From NCBI RefSeq assembly GCF_001447785.1, contig NW_015161964.1:227944-291943 (forward strand): 64,000 bases of DNA, in the 5' to 3' direction. Positions 12,914-24,868 of this stretch are shown here, one piece after another. The translations under genes and the position numbers were made by a program. The notes below the pieces were generated by a model that did not search any database, had not been told where the DNA came from, and saw nothing but the letters and a program-made list of their open reading frames with translations. The stretch comes from Gekko japonicus. Taxonomy: Eukaryota. Position 1 is the first letter of the stretch. The number at the start of each line of letters is the position of its first letter.

Positions 12914-15394
12914 GTGGTAGTCCTTTTGTGCATAGGCACTTTAGAAGTGCTGCCAAAAACCAAAGAATTGACACCATAATAAAACAATTTGAATTTCAAC
13001 CAGGTAAATACTAGGCTTGCTGCAAAAAAGTGGGGGGGGGGGAGCACAGTGCCGAGCATTACATCCATTTTCTCTTAGTTGAAACAAAGCTGCATGACTC
13101 TGACTGGAGACTACAGCAAGCCTATTTTTCTCACTACAGGTCCCTGAGATGCCATAATGACTGCCTGCTAATTAACATGATTAATGAACAAGATCTAAGG
13201 CCAGAAATAATAATAATCAGATTTATTTCCACAATGCATATACTTTTTTGAATTCAGTGGGAGGGAACATGTGAAACCCCACAATCAAAACAAGTTACTT
13301 TCAAATTTTCTAGATGATATATGATTACACACTTGATATATATCACTGGCTGTAAATTATCAAATAAAGGAAAACAAGTCTGAGCATTGGTTTTATTGTT
13401 ATTTCCTTAGATTTAATCCAATCTCTCCTTCAGGATAAGATTAAGCCACAATTTTAAAAAGACTATTTTAGTAAGAAATATTAAATAATGGTAAAACGGC
13501 ATATAATAAAAGAACTCTTAATTTTTAAAAAAAATCTTCCACAGTACTGACGACAATGTCTAGGCTCAGATTCTGACAAACCCCAGATCTCAGATGGATA
13601 TTATTTAATGAATACTACCAAATCCAGTAGTGTTAACAGCTGGTTATTGATAAGAGAAAGGCATTTTCTGAAATGGGACCTTGCTTCTGAAACACCTTCC
13701 TCCTTGAGGCCTGCCTGGTTCTTATTTTACTTTTTTTTTTAGATGCTAGGGCAAAACACTTTTTTTTTTTACCTAGGCTTTTGATTTGGGATTTTAATTT
13801 ACCAGATTTTTAATGATCTACTTCTGTTTTATGGATAGATTTCTTATGCTGTTTACATCCAATGTCTTGTTTTTAGTGTCTTATTTTTATATTGTTATGT
13901 TTTTTTAATTGTAAGCCACCTTGAGCAGGACTCTGATGAACCAATATAGAAATATCCTAAATTAGTTGATTATTAATCCTGCCTATCAAGAATCAAACTT
14001 TTAATAGCATGCAACCTTGATTTTTTTAAACACACACATTCTAATTAAAAATGCAGACTCCAAATTTGGAAGTTGTTTAAACTTGCGTAAATACTTGACG
14101 TTAGCTATCGAGGTAGACCTTAAATAAAAGGTTCAATGGTCATCCAAGCCAAAACACAGGGAATAATCATTTGGTCCACGACATGTTCTGATGATGGCTC
14201 ATCACACAAATTTAGATCAAGATGGGTAACCATGTTCATCTGTCTGTAGCAGTAGAAAAGAGCAAGAATCCAGTAGCACCTTAAAGACTAACAAAATTTG
14301 TGGCAGGTTATTTTGTGAGTCACTGCTGAGTTTTTCAGATACAGCTAGAATGTCAGTCCATCTGTCCTTGTATCTTGGGAGAGTGGAGTCATTTCACCTG
14401 CCAAATGACAATAGCAGGTGAATGACAATAGCAGGCGTGATTGGATTAGGTGTTATATGCAGAAGGGTAGTAGGCGTGGAGAAATCAGCACTGATAATGA
14501 GAGAGGTAACCCAGGTGTTGATTCAGTCCAGGAGGATGCATTGTCGAGTGTCATTATTAGTTGCAATTCAGCTCTATCTCTTTCTAACTTCTCACTAAAA
14601 TTCCTTTGCAAGAGAATATTGTGGGTCAGCCAGGACTCAGCAACAACAAGGACTCCTCAGGAGAAGAAGAGCCTCAAGAAATCAGTTCTGAACCAGCAGA
14701 AACCAGCAAGCAAGAAGATGAACTGCAGGCTTGTCAGAGTTCACAGCTGACAGTTGATGCAGAGCCACCAGCACCTTCCAGCCTTATTCCAACAGAGGAA
14801 ACCCAGACAGTCTTTACCAGCCCTCCAATTTCACCCACATCCTTTGAGCGCCAGAGATGAAGGCTTACAATGGAGCTTCAGTAAAGAAGATGCACTTCTC
14901 TGGGCCCAACACCAGAAGCTTGCTGATGATGAGTAGCTGCAGGATTGCTCCCAAACAGCTGGCTGCAAGTAAGACCTTCCAGCAGAGGCCTATAAAAGTC
15001 AGTCAAGACATGCCGATCCAACTCCAAACCGGAAGATCTTGACCAGGCGCTACAAGATGTGGCTGGTTGGCTCAGGCTGAGCCGACTGAAACTGAATCCA
15101 TCGAAGACTGAGGTCTTGTGCATGAGCCAGGGCAGATCGGGGGTGGGGACCCCACTCCTGACCTTCGACAGGGTGCCATTGGTGCCAGCGCCGGAGGTTA
15201 GGAGCCTGGGAATGCTCCTGGATTCCTCCTTAACAATGGAGGCCCAGGTAGCAGCCACTGCCAGGTCAGCCTTTTAGCATCTTCGGCTGATTAGGCAGCT
15301 GGTTCCCTTCCTTGAATGCAATGACTTGGCAACAGTGATCCATGCGATGGTCACCTCGATGCTGGACTACTGTAATGCTCTCTACATGGGGCTG

Positions 15395-18300
15395 AACCCA
15401 GTTGCCCATGCTTTCCTATTTAGTCTTCAGGATTTTGCTTTTATTGCAGTCAACGTCTATTTACCTTCTTCCCCAAACAAATTGTCCTTATGCTCCCTTT
15501 GGGACCACTTGATTTTGTATCTTGAACAACTAGAACTTTGCTTTCCCATAGTAGATATTATCCTTCTTGGTGATTTTAATGCCAGAGTTGGTAAAGATGA
15601 CCAGGAGCTTCTGGCCGCTCTGAACCTAGACCCAAATGACTCCCTCCCAAATTTCTTTAGTTTTGTTACGTCCTCCAAAGACCTTCATATTAACCAGGCG
15701 GGAATATTTCTTACTAAATTTTGCATCCAATTTGATAAATTTGTCCTAAATGGTTCCCATAATAGGGATATCCCTGGGGAATTTATTTTGCATCAACTAG
15801 AGGTTGTAGTGTTTTAGATTATGTTTTAATCTCTTTATCCTTTAAAAATAATTTAGAGAATTTTAATATTGATTCCCGCACTGAGAGTGACCATTTCCCT
15901 CTAGTCCTCTCAATTACCCCCCAGATAGACCTTCAACCTGATCTAGCCCTTAAAGTTAATCATTTATCCTCTGAGACCCTCCCTAGATCTATATGGTCAT
16001 GTAACCATACCGAGAGAGTCCAGCTATTAGTCACCGAGCAAGCGATTATCGACCTGCGCTCCTCTCTTATGACTTCTTCAAACCCCACTGAAGCTGTATC
16101 TTCATATGATAATTTAGTCTCCACCTTTATTTCCCTACTTAACCCTGCTCTCATTTTGCCCTCCAGCCACAAGCCCAAGTATAACACATGGTACAACAGA
16201 GAATGTTTGTGTTTGAAGTCCACTCTCCGTTACATTTATCACCATTATCAGAGCCAAAAAAAGTCTTCCTTACCGAAGGTATACTTCACTGTTAAACAAC
16301 ATCTGTTAGACTTAGTCAAAGCCAAGAAACTCCAGTTTGCCAGGGACCAGTGGGAACTATTGATGATGGCATCCAGGTCAAATGATTGTGGAAAATTTTG
16401 GGCCCTAATTTCTGGTGCTTCTCGGGGGAAATTAATTTCATCACCATCAATTCCCTCCCATACCTGGTTTTCATATTTCTTAAACCTTTTTAATGAAAAT
16501 GGTGCAAGTTTTCCCAAACCCACAGAATGTGATTCCCCTGAGACCCCCGACTGGCCACCTGTATCCCCTGAGGATATTATTACCCTGATCACTTATCTCA
16601 TACCAAAAAAGCCCCTGGCCCTGATGCAGTCTTCCCAGAACTACTGAAGTCTCACCCAGAATGGTGGGCGCCTTCTTTGGCTGCTTTATTTTCCTTAATA
16701 AATAACACTGGAATAATGCCAAAGTCATGGACAAACGCGATCATTGTCCCTATTTTTAAAAAGGGTGATCCTTTCTCTCCCGAAAATTATAGACCGATCA
16801 GCCTTTTATCAGTAGTTGGCAAACTTTATGCCAAACACCTTCTAATTAAACTAGATGGATGGATGACTTACCATAACATTCTAGGACCAGAACAAATAGG
16901 GTTTTGTTGGGAAAAATCCACGCTGGACCACTGTGCAGTACTATCACACCTTGTTACTAAATACAGTGGGAAACCAGGCAATAAGCTTTTCGCTGCCTTT
17001 TTAGACCTTAAGACGGCATTTGATTCAATCCCAAGAGACCTCTTATGGGACAAGATGGCTAGAATGAAAGAGATCCCAGACTGCTTTTTTTTTTAAATAA
17101 AAAAACTATATACACATGCCAGTTGTCAGGTTAAATTCAATCTACAGGGAAATCTAACCCCCAAAATCCCTATTTGCAAAGGTGTAAAACAGGGCTGCAT
17201 CCTTGCCCCTTCACTTTTTAATTTGTTTCTAAATGACCTGGCTCCATCATTGTTCAGAATTAATGGACATGTTCCCAAAATTGGTCAACACCATATCCCA
17301 GTTTTTTTATATGCAGATGACGCAGTTTTACTCTTATGTTCTCCAATCGGACTGAGGTGTCTTTTACACTAATGCTTGACCTACTGTAACAACAACAGGT
17401 TAACTTTGAATTATGGGGAAACAAAGATCCTAGTTTTTTCCAAATCCTGGAAACAGTTCACATGGACAATCTAGGGAAATCACATTGAGCAGGTCAAATC
17501 ATTAAAATACTTGGGGATCAATTTGTACTACAATGGGAGCTGGGTTATTCACTGCAAATGTGCTACTGCTCTAGCAAGAAACAGTGCTGAGGCCATCGCC
17601 CACTTTTTCTACTTGAGAGGCAATAGATATGTCCCAATGGCTTTAAAAGCCTTCAATGCAAAATCTAGTTCACAATTTCTATATGGCGCTCCCATTTGGA
17701 TAAGCGCAATTAACCAATCAGCAGAGGGTTTACAATCCTTTTTTTTGCGGAAAATCCTTGGACTCCCTAATTGTGTCCCATACGCTGCGATCTGTCTTGA
17801 AACCGGCCAGATACTGCTGGAAACTCGGGCCTGGCTTCTGACCATCAAATTCTGGCTGCGCCTTCTGTTTAATGCTGACCCGAATTCCTTTACCTTCTTA
17901 ATGCTGACAAATCACTATAAACCTAATTGGCTGAAATTAGTAAAAAAAATGTTTAGGTCCTTAGGAATACATCTAGACCCGCTTTACTTATCATCTGCCT
18001 CCACAATATTTTATACAATTAAACGTAGGCTTCTAGATATTCAATTTCAGTGCCTGACTGAGGCAGCCAGGAAAACCTGTTCCCCAGTTCATCTGGGATT
18101 ATCCCAGACACTGGGCCAGACAGCTACTTATTTTCGTTCTCTAACTGATCACCATCAAAGAAGGGCATTTATGTTAGCCAGATTTAACGTATTGCCATCG
18201 GCCATCTTCTCTGGATGATGCCAAAAATCCCCTATGAACTTAGGCAATGCACTTGCAGTCAGGGTGCTATCAAATCCGTTTCCCATGTTCTTTTAAATTG

Positions 18301-18576
18301 TACATTTTATACTAAGATTCGAGGAAAATTTCTGGACACCCTTCTTTTTACATGGCATGATCTTCCCGAGAGTATCAAGGTTCAGTTGCTACTCTCTGGG
18401 CAAAACGCTTCTATAACTTTTAATGTTGCTTGTTTTCTTCAATCTGTAATTTGAACCAGGAAAACTATTAATTGATCAGTTCTTTTTTGTTGGCTGTTTG
18501 ACAGCCATACCTTTGATGTATTCCTAAATGTTAATGTTATCTTATCTCTTAGATGCCAATAAAGGTTGTCTGTCTG
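15395..18576 (+). mobile_element. RTEX-like non-LTR retrotransposon (APE endonuclease, RT, C-terminal Cys/His motif), inactivated
   Basis: EN motifs NVYLP, LGDFNAR, SDHFPL; RT motifs IVPIFKKGD..NYRPISLL, FLDLKTAFDSI, GVKQGCILAP.LFNLF, YADD; C-terminal RQCTC...HVLLNC; AATAAA then (GTCT)n tail; degenerate 14-bp TSD TCTACATGGGGCTG / TCTACATGCGACTG. Several stops and frameshifts. The clade call is by motif memory. Confidence 0.8.
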
Positions 18577-18757
18577 TCTACATGCGACTGCTCTTATTGC
18601 AGATCCGGAAGCTACAGCTGGTGCAAAATGCTGCAGCCAGGCTGCTGATGGACCTCCCACTATGGGGGCACATTCAGCCTGTGCTGAAGGCATTGCAATG
18701 GCTACCGATAGCATACCGAATCTGCATTAAGGTGCTGGTTCTTAACTTTAAAGCCCT

Positions 18758-19171
18758 GGCTTTATGTAGGGGCTTTATGTAGGGGCCGCCGCACCTGCCC
18801 CCCCTTCCACCACTACCAACGGTGGAAATACCATCAAAGTTGGATCGCCCTTGATGGCCCGGCGGCAAGACGGACTATACGGCGGCAAGATCAGCCGATT
18901 AGCTTGGATTAAGACTGCCGGTATTACATTAGTATACCTAGCGCTGGCAGGGGTTACTTCCTGTAAGAGACAACTGTAGACCATCTTGGAACTTAAAACT
19001 TAAAGCACTTTATTAGTATTATTATTAACAGTATGTATTGATTGTATTTTGTGATTTTATTGGATTTTATCGAATGGTATGTATTGGCCTATGCCCCTTG
19101 TAAGCCGCCCTGAGCCCGCTTGCGGGGTAGGGCGGGGTAGAAATACTCGAATAAAATAAAAATAAAAAAAA
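18758..19171 (+). mobile_element. L2 3' UTR fragment (second subfamily) inserted in the host L2
   Basis: Ends TGTAAGCCGCCCTGAGCCCGCTTGCGGGG...(AAAAT)n; similar to 34165-34470; interrupts the host ORF between FKAL and YGQGP. Confidence 0.8.
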
Positions 19172-20058
19172 TTATGGCCAGGGACCTACAAACCTGAGGG
19201 ACCGCCTTTCCCCACATGTCCCCCAGAGAGCACAGCGATCAGGGTCTCAACATTGACTCACCCTCCCTGAGCCTCAGGATGCCAAGCTGGCTTCAACCAG
19301 GGCTAGGAGTTTTTCGGTGGCGGCTCCTCTCTGTTAGAACGAGCTCCCGGAGGAGATCAGGGCCCTGCGGGACCTTATGCAGTTCCACAGGGCCTGCAAG
19401 ATGGAGCTGTTCTGCCAGGCATTTATTAGGAGCCTCCCCGGAGATAGTACCCTACCCCCTTGAAACCTTGAGGCAGCCTGAGTCACCTGTCTAATGTTAG
19501 ACCCGGACCGTCCACCAGGACAGCATGGAAGTCAAGCGTCATTTCAAATGGAATACCAAACTGGTACCTGTATATTGGTTCCATCTGGATCTTAGCACCT
19601 TTTAATGTTTAATTATTAATTGGTTTTATGACTTTTACTATTTATTGTTATTTCTGTGGTTTTGTCTTGTTGTTAGCCGCCCTGAGCCGGCTATGGCTGG
19701 GAAGGTGGGGTATAAATAAATAAATAAAAGCCACCAACCTCTTGACTCAGTGACCACAGCTCTGAACTCTGCTCCTGCAACCCTTGGACTTGTTGACTCT
19801 GAAATCTTTCTCCCTGCACTTGTGAATGACCTCAGACTGTTGGACCTTGCTTCCTGTATAACACTCTGAACTGGACTCTGCTCTCTTGGTAACTGACCTT
19901 TGGACTGAACTTTGATTCTGGAATTCAGCTTGGACTGATCCTAAATTCTGACAGAGAACTGCTACTGTTAGGTCAGCAACTGAATTGCCTGGAAGGTTAA
20001 AATGTTCCCCCACTGGTTTCTGAATGTTGTGGTTTCTAATATTAGACTTACATTCATG

Positions 20059-20207
20059 GAGCACTTTATTTTTATCTGTGTTATTTAAGGTTTTATTGCT
20101 TTTACTATGTTTTATGTGGGCTCTGCCCCTTGTAAGCTGCCCTGAGCCCGCTTGCAGGGATGGCGGGGTAAAAATGTCAAAAATTAATTAATTGATTGAT
20201 TAATTAA
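20059..20207 (+). mobile_element. Short L2 3' end inserted in Penelope
   Basis: TGTAAGCTGCCCTGAGCCCGCTTGC...(ATTA/ATTG)n tail. Confidence 0.75.
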
Positions 20208-20293
20208 TTCTTTGTCATAGGGACTGGCCTGTTTGTCCAATGTAGAGGGTGGAAGGGAACTGCTGAGATGTGATGGCATAAATCACATTAGAG

Positions 20294-20732
20294 CAGGGGT
20301 GTCAAACTCAGTTGTTATGAGGGCCGGATCTGACATAAATGAGACCTTGTTGGGCCGGGCCATGTGCGTCATAAAATGTAATGCCAGGTAGCAGAGATAT
20401 AAACTTTATAAAGGACACAAATACAAAGTTTTTTTTTAACTTAAAATAAAAACATGCTTAAAACATTAGCACGCTTGCAATATTTTGTTTATTTAACAAT
20501 GTCTGATAACTGACACCTCTTGCTCTGAATTATTGCATCAAAATGTCTGTGCTGTTGCAATCTTGAGTATGCTGTTCAGGTGTGTATCTGTAAGCTGCAA
20601 ACCTACAATGACGCAGCAGCAGCAGAACTGGAAGAAGAAGAAGAAGAAAAAGACAGCCAGTTCCACTGTGGGCCTGATAGAAGCCCTCCGGTGGCCTGAT
20701 CGGGGCCCCGGGCTGCATGTTTGACACCCCTG
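20294..20732. mobile_element. hAT (Charlie-like) non-autonomous DNA transposon inserted in Penelope
   Basis: Perfect 14-bp TIR CAGGGGTGTCAAAC / GTTTGACACCCCTG; 8-bp TSD CATTAGAG / CCTTAGAG. Confidence 0.92.
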
Positions 20733-21138
20733 CCTTAGAGGATGAGCAATAGTATGACCCTGAGATGGTATGGTTGATGTTGCCGGGTCCAGTGATGGTG
20801 TGGCTAGGATCTATATGAGAGCAGTTGCCATCTTGGTTTGTTGTAGGCCTTGGTACCAGAGTCCATGTTACTGTTGAGTAGTTTATCATTGTGGATGAGA
20901 AGTTGTTTTAGGTTAGAAGGATGTCTGTAAGCAAGAAAAGGTCAGGCCCCCAGTACCTGTGTGAGGGAAGTGTCTCTATCCAGCATGGGTTGTAGGTTGT
21001 TAATAATATGTTGAACTGGCTTGAGTTGTGAGCTGTATGTGACCACCAGTGGTGTTCTGTTGTCATTTTCCTTGGGCTTGTCTTGCAGCTTGTCTTGTCC
21101 CTGGGTATTATTCTCAGGATATTCAGTTGTTTTGAGGA

Positions 21139-21404
21139 CCAGTTTGGTGTAGTGGTTAAATGCGAGGAAATGGGAGAACCGGGTTTGATTCCCCACTCTT
21201 CCACTTGCAGCTGCTGGATGACTTTGGGCAAGCCATAGTTTTGTCAGAGCTCTTCTCTTAAGGACAGTTCTCTCAGAGCTCTCTCAGCCCCACCTACCTC
21301 ACAGGGTGTCTGTTGTGGGGAGGGGAAGGGAAAGGAGATTGTAAGCCGCTCTGAGACTCCAAGTGAAGGGTGGGGTATAAATCCAATCTCTTCGTCGTCT
21401 TCTT
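21139..21404 (+). mobile_element. Squam3-like SINE
   Basis: Same family as 6939-7209. Confidence 0.85.
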
Positions 21405-21406
21405 GT

Positions 21407-21549
21407 TGTTGACCTAAGAGTAGCAGTTCTCTTACAAAGGAATTACAAAAGGAGATTAAAAGACACTGCTGAATTACAACTAATATTTAAGCTCAAGACA
21501 ATGACTCCTCCTGAATGGAATCGAGATCTGGGTTTCCTGTCTCATTACT
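21407..21549 (+). mobile_element. Inverted Penelope 3' ORF fragment
   Basis: VDLRVAVLLQRNYK...AELQLIFKLKTMTPPEWNRDLGFLSHY, homologous to the minus-strand Penelope C-terminus. Confidence 0.8.
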
Positions 21550-21550
21550 T

Positions 21551-21848
21551 TTGTTGTTCTTTAGTCACACAGTCGAGTTTGACTCTTTGCAGCCTGATGG
21601 ACCACATCACGCCAGGCCTTCCTGTCTCCCGTGGTCCTCTGAAGTTTGCTAAATTTCATGTTTGTTGCATCGATAACACTGTCTAACCATCTCATCCCCT
21701 TATTCTTTTACCTTCAATCTTTCCCAACATCAGGGTCTTCTCCAGTGAGTGCTCCCTTCTCATTTGGTGGCCAAAGTATTTGAGCTTCAACTTCAGTATC
21801 TGGTCTTCCAAGGAACAGTCAGGGTTGATTTCTTTTAGGATTGATTGT
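21551..21848 (-). mobile_element. BovB 3' fragment (older copy)
   Basis: Reverse complement resembles 25990-26295, with internal deletion. Confidence 0.85.
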
Positions 21849-24800
21849 GTTAATCATGCCACTGCCATTAATCATGAACTTTTCAGTATGAAGCATATAA
21901 CTCTAGAGATTTTGTTAGAATGTTTAACTCTGGGGGTTCAACAACAGACAAAACCAAAAACAACAACACAGATTGGGGGGGGGGGAATATTATAGTACTA
22001 CAATAAACCACACCATAAGTTCCCAGAAGATTTAACATTATTTGAAACTACAAAAGGCTTTATAGGATACTAATGAGAATATTTTATAATGATCTATATT
22101 GACACCACGAAATAACATAAATCATGTGTAATGTAGCATAACTACTTAGGCCTGTGCAAAATTATAAACTATTATTTTGTCTGTAAAATGAAGTGGTCAA
22201 GAAACTACTGCTCACTGAACTGAATTTTCAGCAACTGTTATAGAATACTGATTTACAGAACCACCTGTAATCTAATCTGATTCACCTTTGGGCACTTCCC
22301 TGTTCTAGACACTGGTTTAAGTAGGTAACTTGAGTTTTATCCCCCAAAGTGAAAAATCTATCACAATTCTTTGGCCGATCTGAGCCAAAACTAGTTCAGA
22401 TTTCAAACTAAGCACAATATCAATGACTGTGTAGAAAAGCATATCAGAAAGCAAACCTTTAGAACTGAGTGAGAATGAAAGCCGATGGTGGTACACAACA
22501 AAGTATTTCCAAGAAAGAAACAGATTTAATTTATTTTATCATCTTTTATTTTGTGAATGAATTTATAGACTTAAAATATTCAAGCCTGATTATTTTAAAA
22601 GTCCTACATCCTTTATGACATAATGCCTCTAAATCCCGCTGATATAAAATTCCACTGAATTAGTAGCTAATATGGTCATTTACTTCCAGTTCTCTTTAAC
22701 AGCCTGATTTATTGTGGCATGAGCTTTTGCAGGCAACAGTCACTGATGCCACAGCTCTCTCTCTATTTTTACTACTATAGACTAACAGGGCTGCCCTTCT
22801 GGAATTATAATTTATACACGATTCCTGCCCTCTTAATGCTTCACATCTATTATTTCTGAACCATCTCTCTCTCTCTGTGTGTATGCATACACACAGAAAC
22901 ACAAACACATACATATAAACACAAGTGCTTTCTATAAGCAAAGTTCTCAGGCACTCCTGTTTATTTTATTAATCAAATCCGGATATTTTATGCTGAATAA
23001 TAAAATAATGTTCCATTCCATCTTCTCTATATTGTTTAATTTTAAAAAAATGTGTAACAGATGGAATTTCATAATTAGTTGCCGAGGTTTTCAGAATTAA
23101 GTTCACTTAATGGTGAATGGTGCCAGACATTCACAGGCTACTTCAAAATATTGGGTATCAAGGAACAATCTTACAGCAATTTTCAAGAATCAGACAAGAG
23201 ACGAATAAATTTCATGGAGAACAAGCACCGTTCCAGGCTTCATTAGTTGTAATTACACCCCAAATATGCTCAGCACAATGCTCACATGTCAGATGGAAGT
23301 GACACACAATAGGGTGGGCAACTTATAAACTCCTCTAAGCACAGAAAGGAGTCCATAAAAACAACTGACTTCTGCATTTAGATTCATGCGATAACACCTC
23401 CTCCTGCATAAACCACCAGATCACACAGATGGGGCAAAACCAAACATGAAAATGCTTCTTTTGTTTTGGAATCAGGATCTATTCAAGCAACAAACTGCAC
23501 AAAGCTGTGAACAAAACACTATAATCTTTGCTCTTTTTTACACACCAGACAGTGTAACTGTTGCATAAAAGAATACATCATAAAACACCTGCGGCTTGCA
23601 AGGTCTTTAAACAAAAATTAATTGCCAAACTTCATGTTTCAAAATTGGACTACAAAGAGACTGTTAGAGAATGCATGCACTTAATCAAAACAGAAATCTT
23701 TATTTATGTTATGTAACATGCAGAAATGCACATAAACTGTTTTCCATTTGTTATACTCTTTCATGTATTCCAACTATTTTTAAATCCCTCCCGCAATACT
23801 GAACAGATGTTCAGCATATACTTAACTTCAGTTACTTGAATAGTCTTACCTAAGCTGGTGACTGAGATCATGGGCCAATAAAATATATGTCTGAATTAAC
23901 TATTTAGATTCAAATGTAGTTTTGCTATTTTGGATGACAGAAGATTGGCTGTGTCACCATTGAGTTGTTTTGGCTAAACTATTGAACTGCAGCCTTTGGA
24001 TTACAATCCTTTCAGACCTCAATTTCTAGGTGACTGTGGCGGAAGCGGCCAGCTCTGGCCTGCAGGCCCTGTTCCACTCTGCCCTCCATGGTTTTCCCAA
24101 TACTTGGAGAGGCTTTTCTCTCTCTCCAGTAACCCGTCACCACCACCTGTCCTTTGTAGGAATTGCTCGCTGGGAGGGTCAGGACTCCCAGCTTCTCTTC
24201 CAAATTCTGAGACCTTGCCTCTGTGTCTCATGCTGCCTAGTGCCTGGTCACCATGGGGACCGTTCATTGCCTTGTGTGCCCGTGGAGGAATAGCCACTTG
24301 CCAACTGACTGCCTTCCCCCAGCTGTACTTTTAAAATAGCGTGTCCAAGATGGTGGAGGTTGATGTGGTGCAGAGAGCCACTACCAGCATCATTACTTAT
24401 GAAGTATTTATTAAAAAGAAAATGTCGATGAGCATACTTTTAGCACAGCACCGGAATAAGCAACAGATTTTTTAAAATAAGTAAAACACAATTCTTCTGT
24501 CCCAGATGTTAAAATATAGGACAGGCTCCTTAGCTTAGGAAGTTACAGATCTCTACACAGTTCAATTACCTTGAAGCTTTCTTCAACTGTCCAGGCCAGC
24601 ACATGGCTAATGGACGCCTTCTCCAGACCTCAGTTAAGAGTTCTGTATGCTCTAATGGACTCAGCACCAAAGAGATCTTCCTCCTTGCCCCCGAGTTTTA
24701 TCAACTCTGTTTTCCCCACCCACTGACCAGGTCAATCCATGTCAAAGAAGCTTTTCCTGAAGTCTCCAGAATTTTCCTTCCTGAAATCTAACACTTCCAA

Positions 24801-24868
24801 ATCTCTGTTCCCTGGCTGGGGGGGGGGGGGGTTTGGCAATTTTGGAGACCTATTAGCATTATATTAGC

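Larger units (their letters stand above)
14999..19723 (+). mobile_element. 5'-truncated L2 LINE, split by two later insertions
   Basis: WLRLSRLKLNPSKTEVL...LDYCNALYMGL | LLLQIRKLQLVQNAAAR...LQWLPI...FKAL | YGQGPTNLRDRL; 3' end TTAGCCGCCCTGAGCC...TATAAAT with A-rich tail; TSD-like ATAAAAG. Confidence 0.88.
14617..19953 (+). mobile_element. Solo LTR (Gypsy-like, about 600 bp net) inserted in Penelope and split by L2
   Basis: 5-bp TSD GAGAA (14612-14616, 19954-19958); ends T(A)TTGTG...TGACA; TATA box CCTATAAAAG at about 14989; removal restores Penelope DLTVAVLLQRNF in frame. Confidence 0.75.
14210..21138 (-). mobile_element. Penelope-like retroelement (RT C-terminus plus GIY-YIG endonuclease), split by nested insertions
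   Basis: Pieces read on the minus strand: RTPLVVTYSSQLKP (about 21000-21080), HTISGSYYCSSS|NVIYAIT...LYIGQTGQSL (GIY-YIG motif, 20210-20293 plus 20740-20780), KPVGEHFNLPGNSVADLTVAVL (19954-20050), LQRNFSEKLERDRAELQLI (14550-14616), then the terminal repeat. Confidence 0.85.
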
